Assembly: GCF_005696695.1 (NCBI RefSeq)
Contig: NZ_CP040006.1
Coordinates: forward strand, 720,001-752,000
Source of the DNA: Schaalia odontolytica
GTDB taxonomy: Bacteria; Actinomycetota; Actinomycetes; Actinomycetales; Actinomycetaceae
Length of the DNA stretch: 32,000 bases
Direction of reading: 5' to 3'
Shown: piece after piece, positions 1 through 9,802 of the stretch
Layout: each line of letters starts with the position of its first letter
Position numbering within the stretch: the stretch's first letter is position 1
Notes under the pieces: generated by a model
What the model was told of the DNA's origin: nothing
Databases searched by the model: none
Seen by the model: the letters and a program-made list of their open reading frames with translations, nothing else
Position numbers and translations under genes: made by a program

Positions 1-579
1 TGGATCATGCGGTCCAACGCGACTCCCGCCACAGCTCTGACTGAGGCGACTATTCCCGGCGCCACTCAGATTGAGGGCATGGGACGCCAGGTCCTCTCCA
101 CGACGCCGATCCGTGCCACCTCCCTGGCCACCAATTCGGGCGTCACCAACGTGCGCGCGAGCCTCCTGCTCTACGCACCCGCGGAGGCCCAGGCCTCGTC
201 GAACGATCAAGGCGTCGCCTCATCGGATGCCCCCAGCCCGAGCGCAACCCCCGACATCTGGGCGTCGCCCTCGCCGAGCGGCGGGCAGTCCGGGACGAGC
301 CAGTCCGGCGCCGATCAGGACCCACAGTCGAGCGGTACGTCTGCTTCCACACCCGGAGCGGTCGCCGTGCGCGTGGGCGGGCGCACCATCTACGTTGCAC
401 CCGGGATCCCCACCCTCGTGGATCTGCCCGACAACGGCGGAACCCTCAGCGCGGACTCTCCGATCCAGGCGGCTATCGTCGTCTCCGCGGACACGGCTGT
501 GGGTCGCATGACCACGACGTGGAACGTGGGCACGGAAGGCATCAGCGCCGTCAGCGGCGCCATCCGCACCACCAACTGA
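1..579 (+). CDS. C-terminal part of a Ser/Pro/Thr/Ala-rich hypothetical protein (5' end outside window)
   Basis: Frame 1 is open from the window edge to TGA 577-579. The ORF-track protein is low-complexity (S/P/A/T/G) with a more ordered C-terminus (VRVGGRTIYVAPGIPTLVDLPDNGG...). I recognise no domain by eye. Confidence 0.45.
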   Translation, partial: WIMRSNATPATALTEATIPGATQIEGMGRQVLSTTPIRATSLATNSGVTNVRASLLLYAPAEAQASSNDQGVASSDAPSPSATPDIWASPSPSGGQSGTSQSGADQDPQSSGTSASTPGAVAVRVGGRTIYVAPGIPTLVDLPDNGGTLSADSPIQAAIVVSADTAVGRMTTTWNVGTEGISAVSGAIRTTN

Positions 580-587
580 AGCGCCGA

Positions 588-1010
588 TCAGCGCATCGCG
601 TCGTCGATCTCGTCCGGCGGCAACGCCAGGATGTGGCTGATGCGCTCGATCAATACCCTGCGCGTCATAACCGCGACCTCCTCCGGGGCGCACCGCAGCG
701 TGATCGGCAAGCGATAGACGACGATACGATCATGCAGACCGCGACGCCGATCCGCCGGGAAAATACGCGCGACGACGACGTTGTGAGACTCCCAGGGAGC
801 AGGATTCGACGGGGGAACATCCTCGACCGCAAACTCAATCGTGGCCACCTGCGGCCATCGACGAATGAGCTCGGTGACGAGTTCGCCGACCATCAGATCG
901 AAATCCTCACGCCGCGTCCTCCACGCCGGAGTCCCCGGGAAAAACAGGGGACCGCGCGGACCGCGACCGTGGCGGTCACGACTCGAAACATGGCGGCGCG
1001 TAGGAAACAC
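588..1010 (-). CDS. small metallopeptidase family protein (actinobacterial Zn-dependent type)
   Basis: Lies in ORF 588..1232(-). The C-terminal ~130 aa (RDRHGRGPRGPLFFPGTPAWRTRREDFDLMVGELV...LPPDEIDDAMR) resemble the small 'metallopeptidase family protein' found beside DUF3499 genes. Start placed at in-frame GTG 1010 so it does not run into the divergent DUF3499 gene; the start is uncertain. Confidence 0.65.
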   Translation of the reverse strand: MFPTRRHVSSRDRHGRGPRGPLFFPGTPAWRTRREDFDLMVGELVTELIRRWPQVATIEFAVEDVPPSNPAPWESHNVVVARIFPADRRRGLHDRIVVYRLPITLRCAPEEVAVMTRRVLIERISHILALPPDEIDDAMR

Positions 1011-1079
1011 CCCCTCAGGGTAGGCGTATGGCGCGCCGAAGCGGGCGATACCGGTACAGAGTGTCGTACTCTTAGGGGC

Positions 1080-1532
1080 GTGATTGCCCAACGCCACTGC
1101 TCCAAGCCCGGCTGCTCCACGGTCGCCGTCGCCACCCTGACCTACGACTACCGTGACTCGACGGTCGTTGTCGGCCCCCTCGCGACTGTCGCCGACCCTA
1201 ACTCTTACGACCTGTGCGAGGAACACGCGCACAACCTCACCGCGCCGCTCGGCTGGCAGGTCGTGCGTTTGGCAACCACCTTCGAACCCGCTCCGCCCTC
1301 GGGGGATGACCTCGCGGCGCTCGTCGATGCTGTGCGCAGGGTCGCCCAGGAGGCGCAGGCAGCCCCGGCGCCGCCTCAGGAGCCCCGCAAGCCGACCACC
1401 GGACCGTTCGGGCCCGCGCGTTCCGTGGGGACCCCCGACACCTCGAGCCCGCTCGATCCGTCGAGCCCCTACGCGCGACGCCGCGCCCAGTTCACCGTCG
1501 TCGACGGCACGGACAACGAGGATAACGGCTAG
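1080..1532 (+). CDS. DUF3499 domain-containing protein
   Basis: Lies in ORF 519..1532(+). CSKPGCSTVAVATLTYDYRDSTVVVGPLATVADPNSYDLCEEHAHNLTAPLGWQVVRL is the typical DUF3499 Cys/His signature. Start set at GTG 1080, a few residues before the first Cys as in homologues. The longer ORF overlaps the opposite-strand metallopeptidase. Confidence 0.75.
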   Translation: MIAQRHCSKPGCSTVAVATLTYDYRDSTVVVGPLATVADPNSYDLCEEHAHNLTAPLGWQVVRLATTFEPAPPSGDDLAALVDAVRRVAQEAQAAPAPPQEPRKPTTGPFGPARSVGTPDTSSPLDPSSPYARRRAQFTVVDGTDNEDNG

Positions 1533-1538
1533 GGGTTA

Positions 1539-2369
1539 CTACAGGCCGAAACGAGCCTGCGTCGCCTCGTGGAAACGAGCCTGGCCGCGCGAGCGGCGCT
1601 CAGCCTCCCGACCCCAGTCGCGATCCCTGCGGGCCACCAGCACGGCCGCAATCACAACCTCCGGGTGGAGGCCATCGGGGAGGGGAGTCTGCACGCGACG
1701 CGACAGGCGCTGTGCGAGCGAGACGGCGACCTGTCCTCGCACGTCCGTCTTCAACGAACGATTCGACTGCAGGAAGGCACGAGCCTCGGCGACGAGGGCA
1801 TCGTCGAGGGGAAGGATTGTCGCGGTGCGCGCCCAGTCTTCGAGGCCCGGCGGCAGCACGAGCGGCGGGTAGAACACGGATGCGCCCTGTGAACACACCA
1901 TCGTCCCGGCCGCCAGATCGCCCAGGCGCTTGCCTTTTGAACTCATGATCTCCGCGAGTGCAGCCAGGCCACCAAAGGTCGCCCAGTTCTCCAGAATGCC
2001 CGTCGAGACGCGCACCGCGCTATGGCGGGCAGTGATCGCACCGCCGTCGTCGCGCACGACCCGCAGGTTAAATGCCCACTTCCCAAACGAACGCCCACGG
2101 GTCGCGATCTCGACCACCAGCGGCAGGAAAAACATTGTCGTCGAGAAGAAACCGACGATGATCACGCGCTGGATCGACGCGGACGGCGAGGTAAACCTGA
2201 CGGCCATGAGTACCAGCACGACCGTGCACATCAAGTACGTCGTCGCATCCATAACTGCGGCGGCGAATCGCTCCGGAGGCGAGGCCGGCGTCACGTCCAG
2301 GGTGACTGCCTCGCCCGTGCGCACAAAGTCGTCTTGAATGGCGCTCGATTGACTGCGTTGCGTGCTCAT
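1539..2369 (-). CDS. RDD family membrane protein
   Basis: ORF 1539..2378(-). Has N-terminal TM helices plus RGRSFGKWAFNLRVVRDDGG, which is RDD-like. ATG at 2369 (MSTQRS...) preferred; GTG 2378 is the alternative. Confidence 0.75.
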   Translation of the reverse strand: MSTQRSQSSAIQDDFVRTGEAVTLDVTPASPPERFAAAVMDATTYLMCTVVLVLMAVRFTSPSASIQRVIIVGFFSTTMFFLPLVVEIATRGRSFGKWAFNLRVVRDDGGAITARHSAVRVSTGILENWATFGGLAALAEIMSSKGKRLGDLAAGTMVCSQGASVFYPPLVLPPGLEDWARTATILPLDDALVAEARAFLQSNRSLKTDVRGQVAVSLAQRLSRRVQTPLPDGLHPEVVIAAVLVARRDRDWGREAERRSRGQARFHEATQARFGL

Positions 2370-2387
2370 ATATGACACGCTAGTCCA

Positions 2388-3380
2388 ATGGACATTGATG
2401 TGCTGCGGGTAAGTGGCGAAACGGAATGGAAACGGCTGGAACAGCTGACGCGCCAGCGCTCGCTGTCGGGCGACGAGATCGACGAATTCGACCGTCTCTA
2501 CCGTTCGACCACGACGGATTTGGCGCGCGTTCGCACGCTCAACCCCGATCCCGACGTGATCGCGGAGCTGTCGCGCATCCTCTCCGCCGCGCGCGGGCGT
2601 CTCGCGGGCACCGGAGGGCTGTCCGGAGCCGTTATCGCACGTTTCTTCACGGTGTCTCTACCTCTCACGCTCTACCGGATCCGTTGGGTGATCGTGGCCG
2701 TGATGGCAGCGTTCATCGCTATCGCCGGCGTCCAAGCGCACTACCTGATGAGTCACCCGGACGTCATGAACGAGCTGGGTACCCCTGAGGAGCTGAAGTA
2801 CTATGCGCAGAGCGCGTTCGTCGAGTACTACCACCAGGACACGAACGCAGAGTTTGGCCTGTCTGTGTGGGCCAACAATGCCTGGATCGCTCTGGTGGGT
2901 GTGGCCACGGGGATCACGGGCGTCTACCCGCTAAAGATCCTGTGGGAGAATGCCACGAGCATCGGCACGTCAACGGCCATCGTCTTCAGCTACGGCGGAG
3001 TCTGGCACTTCTTCCGTTTCATTCTGCCGCACGGACTTCCCGAGCTGACTGCCGTCTTCATCTCGATCGCGGCGGGCCTGCGCGTCTTCTGGTCGCTGCT
3101 CGTGCCTGGTCCGATGACGCGCTTCCAGGCTGTCGGACAGGCGGCTCGTAGCGCGATGACGGTCGCGGCGGGCTGCGCCATCCTCCTGGCCGGATCCGGC
3201 GTCCTGGAGGGCTTCGTGACACCCTCCGACCTGCCTGACGCCGTCAAGATCACCTTCGGTGCCCTCATGACGGCCGCCGTGTGGGCGTACATCCTCATCC
3301 TCGGGCGGCGCGCGTACCAGGCGGGCGCCAGCGCCGACGTCGGCATTGACGCCGGCTACTACCAGCCCGTCTCGGGGTGA
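2388..3380 (+). CDS. SpoIIM-like (stage II sporulation protein M family) integral membrane protein
   Basis: ORF 2388..3380(+). A cytoplasmic N-terminal ~80 aa is followed by about six hydrophobic segments (…FILPHGLPELTAVFISIAAG…), typical of the SpoIIM/DUF95 family. Its position next to RDD and DUF58/MoxR matches the common actinobacterial neighbourhood. Confidence 0.7.
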   Translation: MDIDVLRVSGETEWKRLEQLTRQRSLSGDEIDEFDRLYRSTTTDLARVRTLNPDPDVIAELSRILSAARGRLAGTGGLSGAVIARFFTVSLPLTLYRIRWVIVAVMAAFIAIAGVQAHYLMSHPDVMNELGTPEELKYYAQSAFVEYYHQDTNAEFGLSVWANNAWIALVGVATGITGVYPLKILWENATSIGTSTAIVFSYGGVWHFFRFILPHGLPELTAVFISIAAGLRVFWSLLVPGPMTRFQAVGQAARSAMTVAAGCAILLAGSGVLEGFVTPSDLPDAVKITFGALMTAAVWAYILILGRRAYQAGASADVGIDAGYYQPVSG

Positions 3381-3420
3381 GGCGCTCACACGGCGTCAAC
3401 GCGCGCGAAGCAGGCGCGGC

Positions 3421-4752
3421 TCAGAGTCGGCCGCTCTTCTTGAGCTCGATGTAGCGGTCCGCGGTCCGGGCGGGAAGCAGACCCGCCGAGGCACGCACGG
3501 TCAGAGCGCCGGCCAGACGAGCGTCGGTGGCTCCCGCCTCGTCGGACCGTTCGGCGAGGGAGGCGGAGGCAGCAAGGAACACCTGCTCGGCGTCCTCGCG
3601 TCCTGCCCGCGCCCGGATTTCATCCGGATCGGTCGCCGATGCAACCAGCACCGTGTGGCGGTCGCTGAGACGCGCTAGCGCGTCGGTGAACTCGGTTTCC
3701 ATGCCGGCCGGCGGAATCTTCGTAGCGATAACGACGAACGCGGAATGATGAACGGTCTGCTCGACCGTGCTGACCATCTCCGACCAGTCGGTGACGTCCA
3801 GGCGGGGCGAAATATCCGTAAACGTGTGGGCCAGGGTCTCGATGACCTTGGCTCCTCGCACGCCGGACACGCGTGCGCGGACAGCCGAGTCGAGGACGAT
3901 GAGGTGCACCTTGTCGCCCGCACGGTCGGCCAGGGCAGCGAGAAGCAGGGCGGTTTCGATAGAGGAGTCGAGGCGCGGGGCGCGTCCCAGCGCGATCGAG
4001 TCGACCTCTTCGTGCTCGGGGGCTCCGAGCAGGGCCGAAGAGGCGCGCCCGCAGTCCACGACGATCACGACGTGGCGGTCGCGTTCGGGCCTCCACTGGC
4101 GCACCATCAGTTCCGTCGAACGGGCGGACGCGCGCCAGTCGATGTCGCGCGGATCGTCGCCCACGACGTAGGAGCGCAGGGAATCGAACTCGGTTCCCGC
4201 GCCGCGCAGCGTCGTCGGTGTGGTTCCTTCGAGCTCGTGGAGGCGGGCCAGGCGCGAGGGCAGCAGGACGCGCGCCTTGAACTCGGGGAGCACCGACAGG
4301 GACAGGGGAGCGGACAGGCTCACCTGGCGCGCTCCCAGGTGCAGGGGACCCCACGAGCGAATGGTGACGACGTCGGCCTCGCGGGTGCCGCGCCGGGTCG
4401 GGGCAAGCACTGTGGAGACACGCTCGGAGGTGCCTGGGCGCAGTCGCACTCGCTGGCGCACCGGCGACGGGTTGAGCGAAGGAGGCCACGCGTCGCGCAC
4501 ATCCAGGTTCACGTGACGCTTCGTCGTGTTCGTCAGCCGCAGGCGGGACTCGGTGGTCTGGTCGGCACGAATCGGCCCGGTTACGTCACGGCTGAGACGC
4601 AGGGTGCGCGGGGAGGGCGCGGCGAAGGCGTCGAGGAGGCACACGGCCACGACGAGGCCACACCACGCCCACGCCAGAGCGCGGGACGGGGCGAAGGCGA
4701 GGGGGATGAGCCCGACCAGTACGAGGAGCGCGCTACGCGCCGAAATCGCCAC
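3421..4752 (-). CDS. DUF58 domain-containing protein (vWA-like partner of MoxR)
   Basis: ORF 3421..4860(-). Carries the DUF58 hallmark GDDPRDIDWRASARSTELMVRQWRPERDRHVVIVVDCG, with N-terminal TM segments. Start set at GTG 4752, 7 nt after the MoxR stop (TGAGGCCCCCGTG contains a GAGG). Confidence 0.85.
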   Translation of the reverse strand: MAISARSALLVLVGLIPLAFAPSRALAWAWCGLVVAVCLLDAFAAPSPRTLRLSRDVTGPIRADQTTESRLRLTNTTKRHVNLDVRDAWPPSLNPSPVRQRVRLRPGTSERVSTVLAPTRRGTREADVVTIRSWGPLHLGARQVSLSAPLSLSVLPEFKARVLLPSRLARLHELEGTTPTTLRGAGTEFDSLRSYVVGDDPRDIDWRASARSTELMVRQWRPERDRHVVIVVDCGRASSALLGAPEHEEVDSIALGRAPRLDSSIETALLLAALADRAGDKVHLIVLDSAVRARVSGVRGAKVIETLAHTFTDISPRLDVTDWSEMVSTVEQTVHHSAFVVIATKIPPAGMETEFTDALARLSDRHTVLVASATDPDEIRARAGREDAEQVFLAASASLAERSDEAGATDARLAGALTVRASAGLLPARTADRYIELKKSGRL

Positions 4753-4759
4753 GGGGGCC

Positions 4760-5903
<1,144 letters not shown>

Positions 5904-5911
<8 letters not shown>

Positions 5912-7055
5912 GGCGAATCTCCTTTTCGAGAGCGTCGAGGTCATTGGCGAGGCGGATGAGCGCCTTTTCGGAGGTTGGGGGCGGACCCCACAGGAGGGCG
6001 GAGCAGCGCGAGGCGGGCAGGCCTCGCTGTTCCATCGCGTGAGTGAGGGCCTCCCGGTCGGCGGTGTGCGCAACGCCCAGGGCGGTCGCGATGCGCGAGG
6101 CCGTGGAGCTGCGCAGTGCCTGCGCGGCATGCTCGTAGGCGCGCTGGGAACGCATGAGGCGGGCCTTGCCGATAAGCGTCTCGGAGGCCGGGACCTCGAT
6201 GGGGAGGCGTTCGGAGGTGAGGGGGCCGAGCCTGCGCCCACGCGCGAGGCCCGCCAGCAGGCAGGCGGCGATGACCATGAGGAACGCGGGCATGAGGTAC
6301 GGGGAAGTGAGCAGCTCCTGCGTCGACGTGCCCGTCGGAGTATCGGTGCGCGTCGGCGAATACCATGCGACCTTCGGGGTTCGGCCGATCGCGTTGATTG
6401 CCAGCGCGGCATTTCCTCCCTCGGAGATCGCGCGGTTGCGCAGGCGCAGGGAGTCGGGGATCAGAGCGCGGAATCGGCCAGAGTCGGAGCGCTCGGCGTA
6501 CGCGTAGTTCCTGCCGTCGTCGGAGAAGCACAGATTCCATCCGTCGACTGTGCCGGACAGTACGTAGTCCGAGGCCTGCAGATGCTGGGTACGGCCCGCA
6601 ATAACGGACGTGCAGCCGGGGGTGAGCCACGTCTTGCTGCTGTATTTGCGACTGGAACGTAAGCCCTGAAGGTAGACGGAGTATGATCCTTGATCCTCCT
6701 CGAGGCCCACGTAGACGACGTTCGTGCGCGTCTCGATAGCCTTCGCCATCTCCTCGGTCATACGCGACGGGAAAATAACGACGAGAGTTGTATTCTCGTC
6801 GACCGACGCGGCCTGCTGCGCGTTCACGTCACGCACGGAGATACCGTGGTCGCCCAGCACCTGGGCGAGGGCACGCGCCCCATCGCCCTCCTTATTCCGA
6901 ATACCGACGGGGGCGTTGTTGTACCCGGCCGCGGGCAGGATGGACGCCGCGATCACTAACAGCAGCGAGAATACGACGATGATGATCATCGGGCGTGCCG
7001 CGGCGAAGCGCTCGCGGGCCGTCGGAGTGACGACGGCGACCTGTGTGGCTTTCAC
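5904..7055 (-). CDS. DUF4350 domain-containing protein (N-terminal TM anchor)
   Basis: ORF 5904..7079(-). Has a TM helix (PMIIIVVFSLLLVIAASILPA), an extracytoplasmic domain and a second TM segment. Position between DUF4129 and MoxR matches the conserved cluster. Start set at GTG 7055, forming a GTGA overlap with the upstream stop; ATG 7079 is the alternative. Confidence 0.7.
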
Positions 7056-7684
7056 GATGCCACCTCCGCATCGCGGCACGCGCGCAGGAGGTCCGGGGTG
7101 AAGCGGCGCAACGCATCGACCTGATCGGATGAAACGCCGGAGCGGCCGTAGCGCACCTGGTCAAAGGCCTGTGCAAACTGATCGAGCTGGGGGCCGAACA
7201 TGGGTGCGACTCGCGTCGCAGCGTGCGCCGCCTCGCGCGCCGTCAAGCCGGGCGTGGACGTCACGACATCTTGAGCATCGAGGCCCAAAACCATGAGACG
7301 GTACGCCCACACGTAGGCCAGGTCCCAGTCCTGGGCTGCCACGGCCTCGTCGAACGAGGCCTGGGCCTCCGTTTCGCTGGCCTCCTCCTCGAACACGGTG
7401 GGAGAGACGCGCTTGGCGAGGCGGATCGGGTTGAGGATAAGCGCAATGATGATTGCGGCGACCGCGATGATTCCCACGATCATAAAGATCAGGGAGACCG
7501 GGGGAGTGCCCTGCCCCTTCCAGGACAGGGCATCCCAGAACGAGTCAATGAGCGACGCGATCCAGCGCGCGATGGGGTTGGGAACATTCGCGTACTCGCT
7601 GTGAGAGAGTTCCTCAACGATCCACTCGTGCGCCTCCCCCTCATCGGGGGTCAGCGGAGCATCGCAGGAGAACAGGCCGATCAC
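7052..7684 (-). CDS. DUF4129 domain-containing membrane protein
   Basis: ORF 7052..7684(-). One TM helix (LIFMIVGIIAVAAIIIALIL) is followed by a helical C-terminal domain with PGLTAREAAHAATRV...FDQVRYG, typical of DUF4129. GTG start 7684 forms a GTGA overlap with the upstream stop. Confidence 0.7.
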   Translation of the reverse strand: MIGLFSCDAPLTPDEGEAHEWIVEELSHSEYANVPNPIARWIASLIDSFWDALSWKGQGTPPVSLIFMIVGIIAVAAIIIALILNPIRLAKRVSPTVFEEEASETEAQASFDEAVAAQDWDLAYVWAYRLMVLGLDAQDVVTSTPGLTAREAAHAATRVAPMFGPQLDQFAQAFDQVRYGRSGVSSDQVDALRRFTPDLLRACRDAEVAS

Positions 7685-8976
7685 TGCTGCTGAGCGCCTG
7701 CCTGTGCCAGGACCGCGGCGAAGTTCTCCTTGCGGATGCGCAGATCCGTGTACATGAGCGTCTCGAACGCTGCAGAGAAGGGCAGCAGGAGCCCGGAGCC
7801 GAGCATGACGAAGAACATGGAGATCGCCAAGCCGATCGGGCTTGAGGGGTCGTTCGTCACCGCGAGCGTGAACAGGCCGCCGATGAGGCCGATGATGAAT
7901 CCGATGAATCCGCCGATGAATCCGATGACGAGGTTCATGAGTAGGAAGCGGCCGAGAGTCGGCCAGAATTCACCCTTGACGAGCGACCAGGAACGCTTCA
8001 GCGAAGCAACGGGACCGATCTCTTCCAGCACCGCGCACATCGGGGCGAACAGCAGCTTGACCTGGAAGAAATACAACAGGATAAAGATGGGGATAATTGC
8101 AGCGAAGGTGAGAAGAGCGAGCCACCACATATCACGGTTACCGTCCACTACGGCGATCGACACGAAGACAGCGACGATCCAGAGGACAATCGGAGTCGCC
8201 GTGATGAGAGCGGTCAACGCAAAGGAGCCGATGAGTGACCCGAGTCGCTTGCGCGTCATCGCCCACGCCTCGCTCAACGTCAGTTTCCTACCGACCGTCA
8301 TCTGGGAGACGGTCGAGGCCAGCAGGCCCGTGAGGATGCTCGTCCCCGCGAACGTGACGATCCATTGCACCATGCTCGAAATCATTCGCAGGAGGAGAGC
8401 GTTGGCCTCATCCGTCGTCGATCGCTGGAGTGCCTGGGGGTCGTTCGCAGCACCGGTGACGGACTCGTATCCGAGGCCCGAGAGCAGGATCGACACACTG
8501 GCGATGAGCGACACCAACAGCATGATGACGACGGTGAAGCCGAAGAGAACCTTCGGATTCGAGCGGATCGCCTCGAAGGCGCCGCTGAACAGGTCGCCGA
8601 TCGTCAGGGGGCGCAGCGGGATGATGCCGGGCTTGGCCTGCCATCCCCACCGGTTGGTGGTGGAGTAGCCGGATGCCCCGGGCTGGGCGTTGTAGCCCGG
8701 CTGTGCGCCGTAGGAGGGCTGGGCTCCGTATCCCTGGGCGGCCTGGGGGGCCGTGTAACCCGGGTAACCCTGCTGGGCTCCGTATCCCTGGGCGGCCTGG
8801 GGGGCCGCGTAACCCTGCTGGGCTCCGTATCCCTGGGGGGCCGCGTAACCCTGCTGAGCGCCGTAGGCGGGTTGTGCCCCATAGCCCTGCTGGGGCGTCG
8901 GTTCGCCGGTCTGGGGCTGCGGCGTCCATCCCTGGTAGGGGGCGGACGGATCGGGAGAGGTCCAGGGGGAGCTCAT
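7681..8976 (-). CDS. polytopic membrane protein with N-terminal QGYGA-repeat low-complexity region
   Basis: ORF 7681..9030(-). ATG 8976 is preceded by GGAGG at about 6 nt spacing. About 110 aa of P/Q/G/Y/A repeats are followed by about six TM segments, resembling the 'glycerophosphodiester phosphodiesterase membrane domain'-type hypotheticals. First gene of the MoxR operon. Confidence 0.75.
   Translation of the reverse strand: MSSPWTSPDPSAPYQGWTPQPQTGEPTPQQGYGAQPAYGAQQGYAAPQGYGAQQGYAAPQAAQGYGAQQGYPGYTAPQAAQGYGAQPSYGAQPGYNAQPGASGYSTTNRWGWQAKPGIIPLRPLTIGDLFSGAFEAIRSNPKVLFGFTVVIMLLVSLIASVSILLSGLGYESVTGAANDPQALQRSTTDEANALLLRMISSMVQWIVTFAGTSILTGLLASTVSQMTVGRKLTLSEAWAMTRKRLGSLIGSFALTALITATPIVLWIVAVFVSIAVVDGNRDMWWLALLTFAAIIPIFILLYFFQVKLLFAPMCAVLEEIGPVASLKRSWSLVKGEFWPTLGRFLLMNLVIGFIGGFIGFIIGLIGGLFTLAVTNDPSSPIGLAISMFFVMLGSGLLLPFSAAFETLMYTDLRIRKENFAAVLAQAGAQQQ
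8719..8889 (-). repeat. imperfect in-frame tandem repeat (units 54, 45, 36, 36 nt) encoding QGYGAQ/QGYAAPQ repeats
   Basis: The plus-strand string CTGGGCTCCGTATCCCTGGG recurs at 8719, 8773 and 8818. A degenerate unit (CTGAGCGCCGTAGGCGGG...) starts at 8854. All unit lengths are multiples of 9. Confidence 0.85.
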
Positions 8977-9088
8977 TGATGCCTCCGTGTTGATGGTGCT
9001 TCTACAGCGTCCATCCTGCCATATGCGCAACTTGCGCGAAACCTTATCTCGGGGAGAAATTGAGGGATGGCTGCGCGAGTCTCCTGCG

Positions 9089-9118
9089 TTCGTGACGATT
9101 TCGTGACACTATCGTGAT
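9089..9118 (+). promoter_or_regulatory. three direct repeats (TTCGTGAC, TTCGTGAC, ATCGTGAT) in exact 11-bp register abutting the mtrA start codon; candidate response-regulator (MtrA) box
   Basis: Repeats are at 9089-9096, 9100-9107 and 9111-9118. The reverse complement reads GTCACGAA-N3-GTCACGAA. Confidence 0.5.
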
Positions 9119-9802
9119 ATGAGTTCGCGCATCCTCGTCGTCGACGACGACGTCGCCCTGGCTGAGATGATCGGCATTGTCCTCCAGAACGAGGGCTATG
9201 AGGTCGTCTTCTGTGCCGACGGATCCGCTGCGTTGGCTCAATTTCAAGAGCACAATCCGGACTTGGTCCTCCTGGATGTCATGCTGCCCGGCATGGACGG
9301 CTTTGACGTGTGCCGCGCGATCCGTCGTGTCTCGGATGCTCCGATCGTTATGTTGACCGCCCGTTCCGATACCTCTGATGTCGTGACGGGTCTCGAGGCC
9401 GGTGCCGACGATTATGTTCCCAAGCCCTTCAAGCCCAAGGAACTCGTGGCGCGCGTGCGCGCGCGGCTGCGGGGCCGTGAGGACTCGCAGGCCGATGAGG
9501 GCCTGTCCCTCCAGGACCTGTCGATCGACGTTGCCGGCCACATCGTCAAGCGTGAGGGGCGCGTCATCGCGCTGACCCCTCTGGAATTCGATTTGCTGGT
9601 GACCCTGGCGCGCTCGCCGTGGAAGGTGTTCTCACGCGAGGAGCTCCTCGAGCAGGTGTGGGGCTACCGTCATGCCGCCGACACCAGGCTCGTCAATGTT
9701 CACGTGCAGCGCCTTCGCTCCAAGATTGAACACGATCCGGAGCGTCCCGAGCTGGTCGTAACTGTCCGCGGGGTTGGGTACCGTGCCGGCGCAGGGGCGT
9801 AG
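9119..9802 (+). CDS. mtrA: OmpR-family response regulator MtrA
   Basis: Receiver domain (ILVVDDD...LVLLDVMLPGMDG...KPF) plus winged-HTH (LTPLEFDLL...VRGVGYR). Followed by mtrB and lpqB, the canonical synteny. Confidence 0.96.
   Translation: MSSRILVVDDDVALAEMIGIVLQNEGYEVVFCADGSAALAQFQEHNPDLVLLDVMLPGMDGFDVCRAIRRVSDAPIVMLTARSDTSDVVTGLEAGADDYVPKPFKPKELVARVRARLRGREDSQADEGLSLQDLSIDVAGHIVKREGRVIALTPLEFDLLVTLARSPWKVFSREELLEQVWGYRHAADTRLVNVHVQRLRSKIEHDPERPELVVTVRGVGYRAGAGA

Noticed and set aside
519-1079. N-terminal extension of the DUF3499 ORF (337-aa version)
   Set aside because: The extension is Arg/His/Asp-rich and overlaps the minus-strand metallopeptidase gene. DUF3499 proteins as I know them start a few residues before the first Cys.
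9025-9037. 13-bp palindrome GCGCAACTTGCGC upstream of the MoxR operon's first gene
   Set aside because: It is short and GC-rich, so chance occurrence is plausible. It has no clear relation to a promoter element, so it is noted only.
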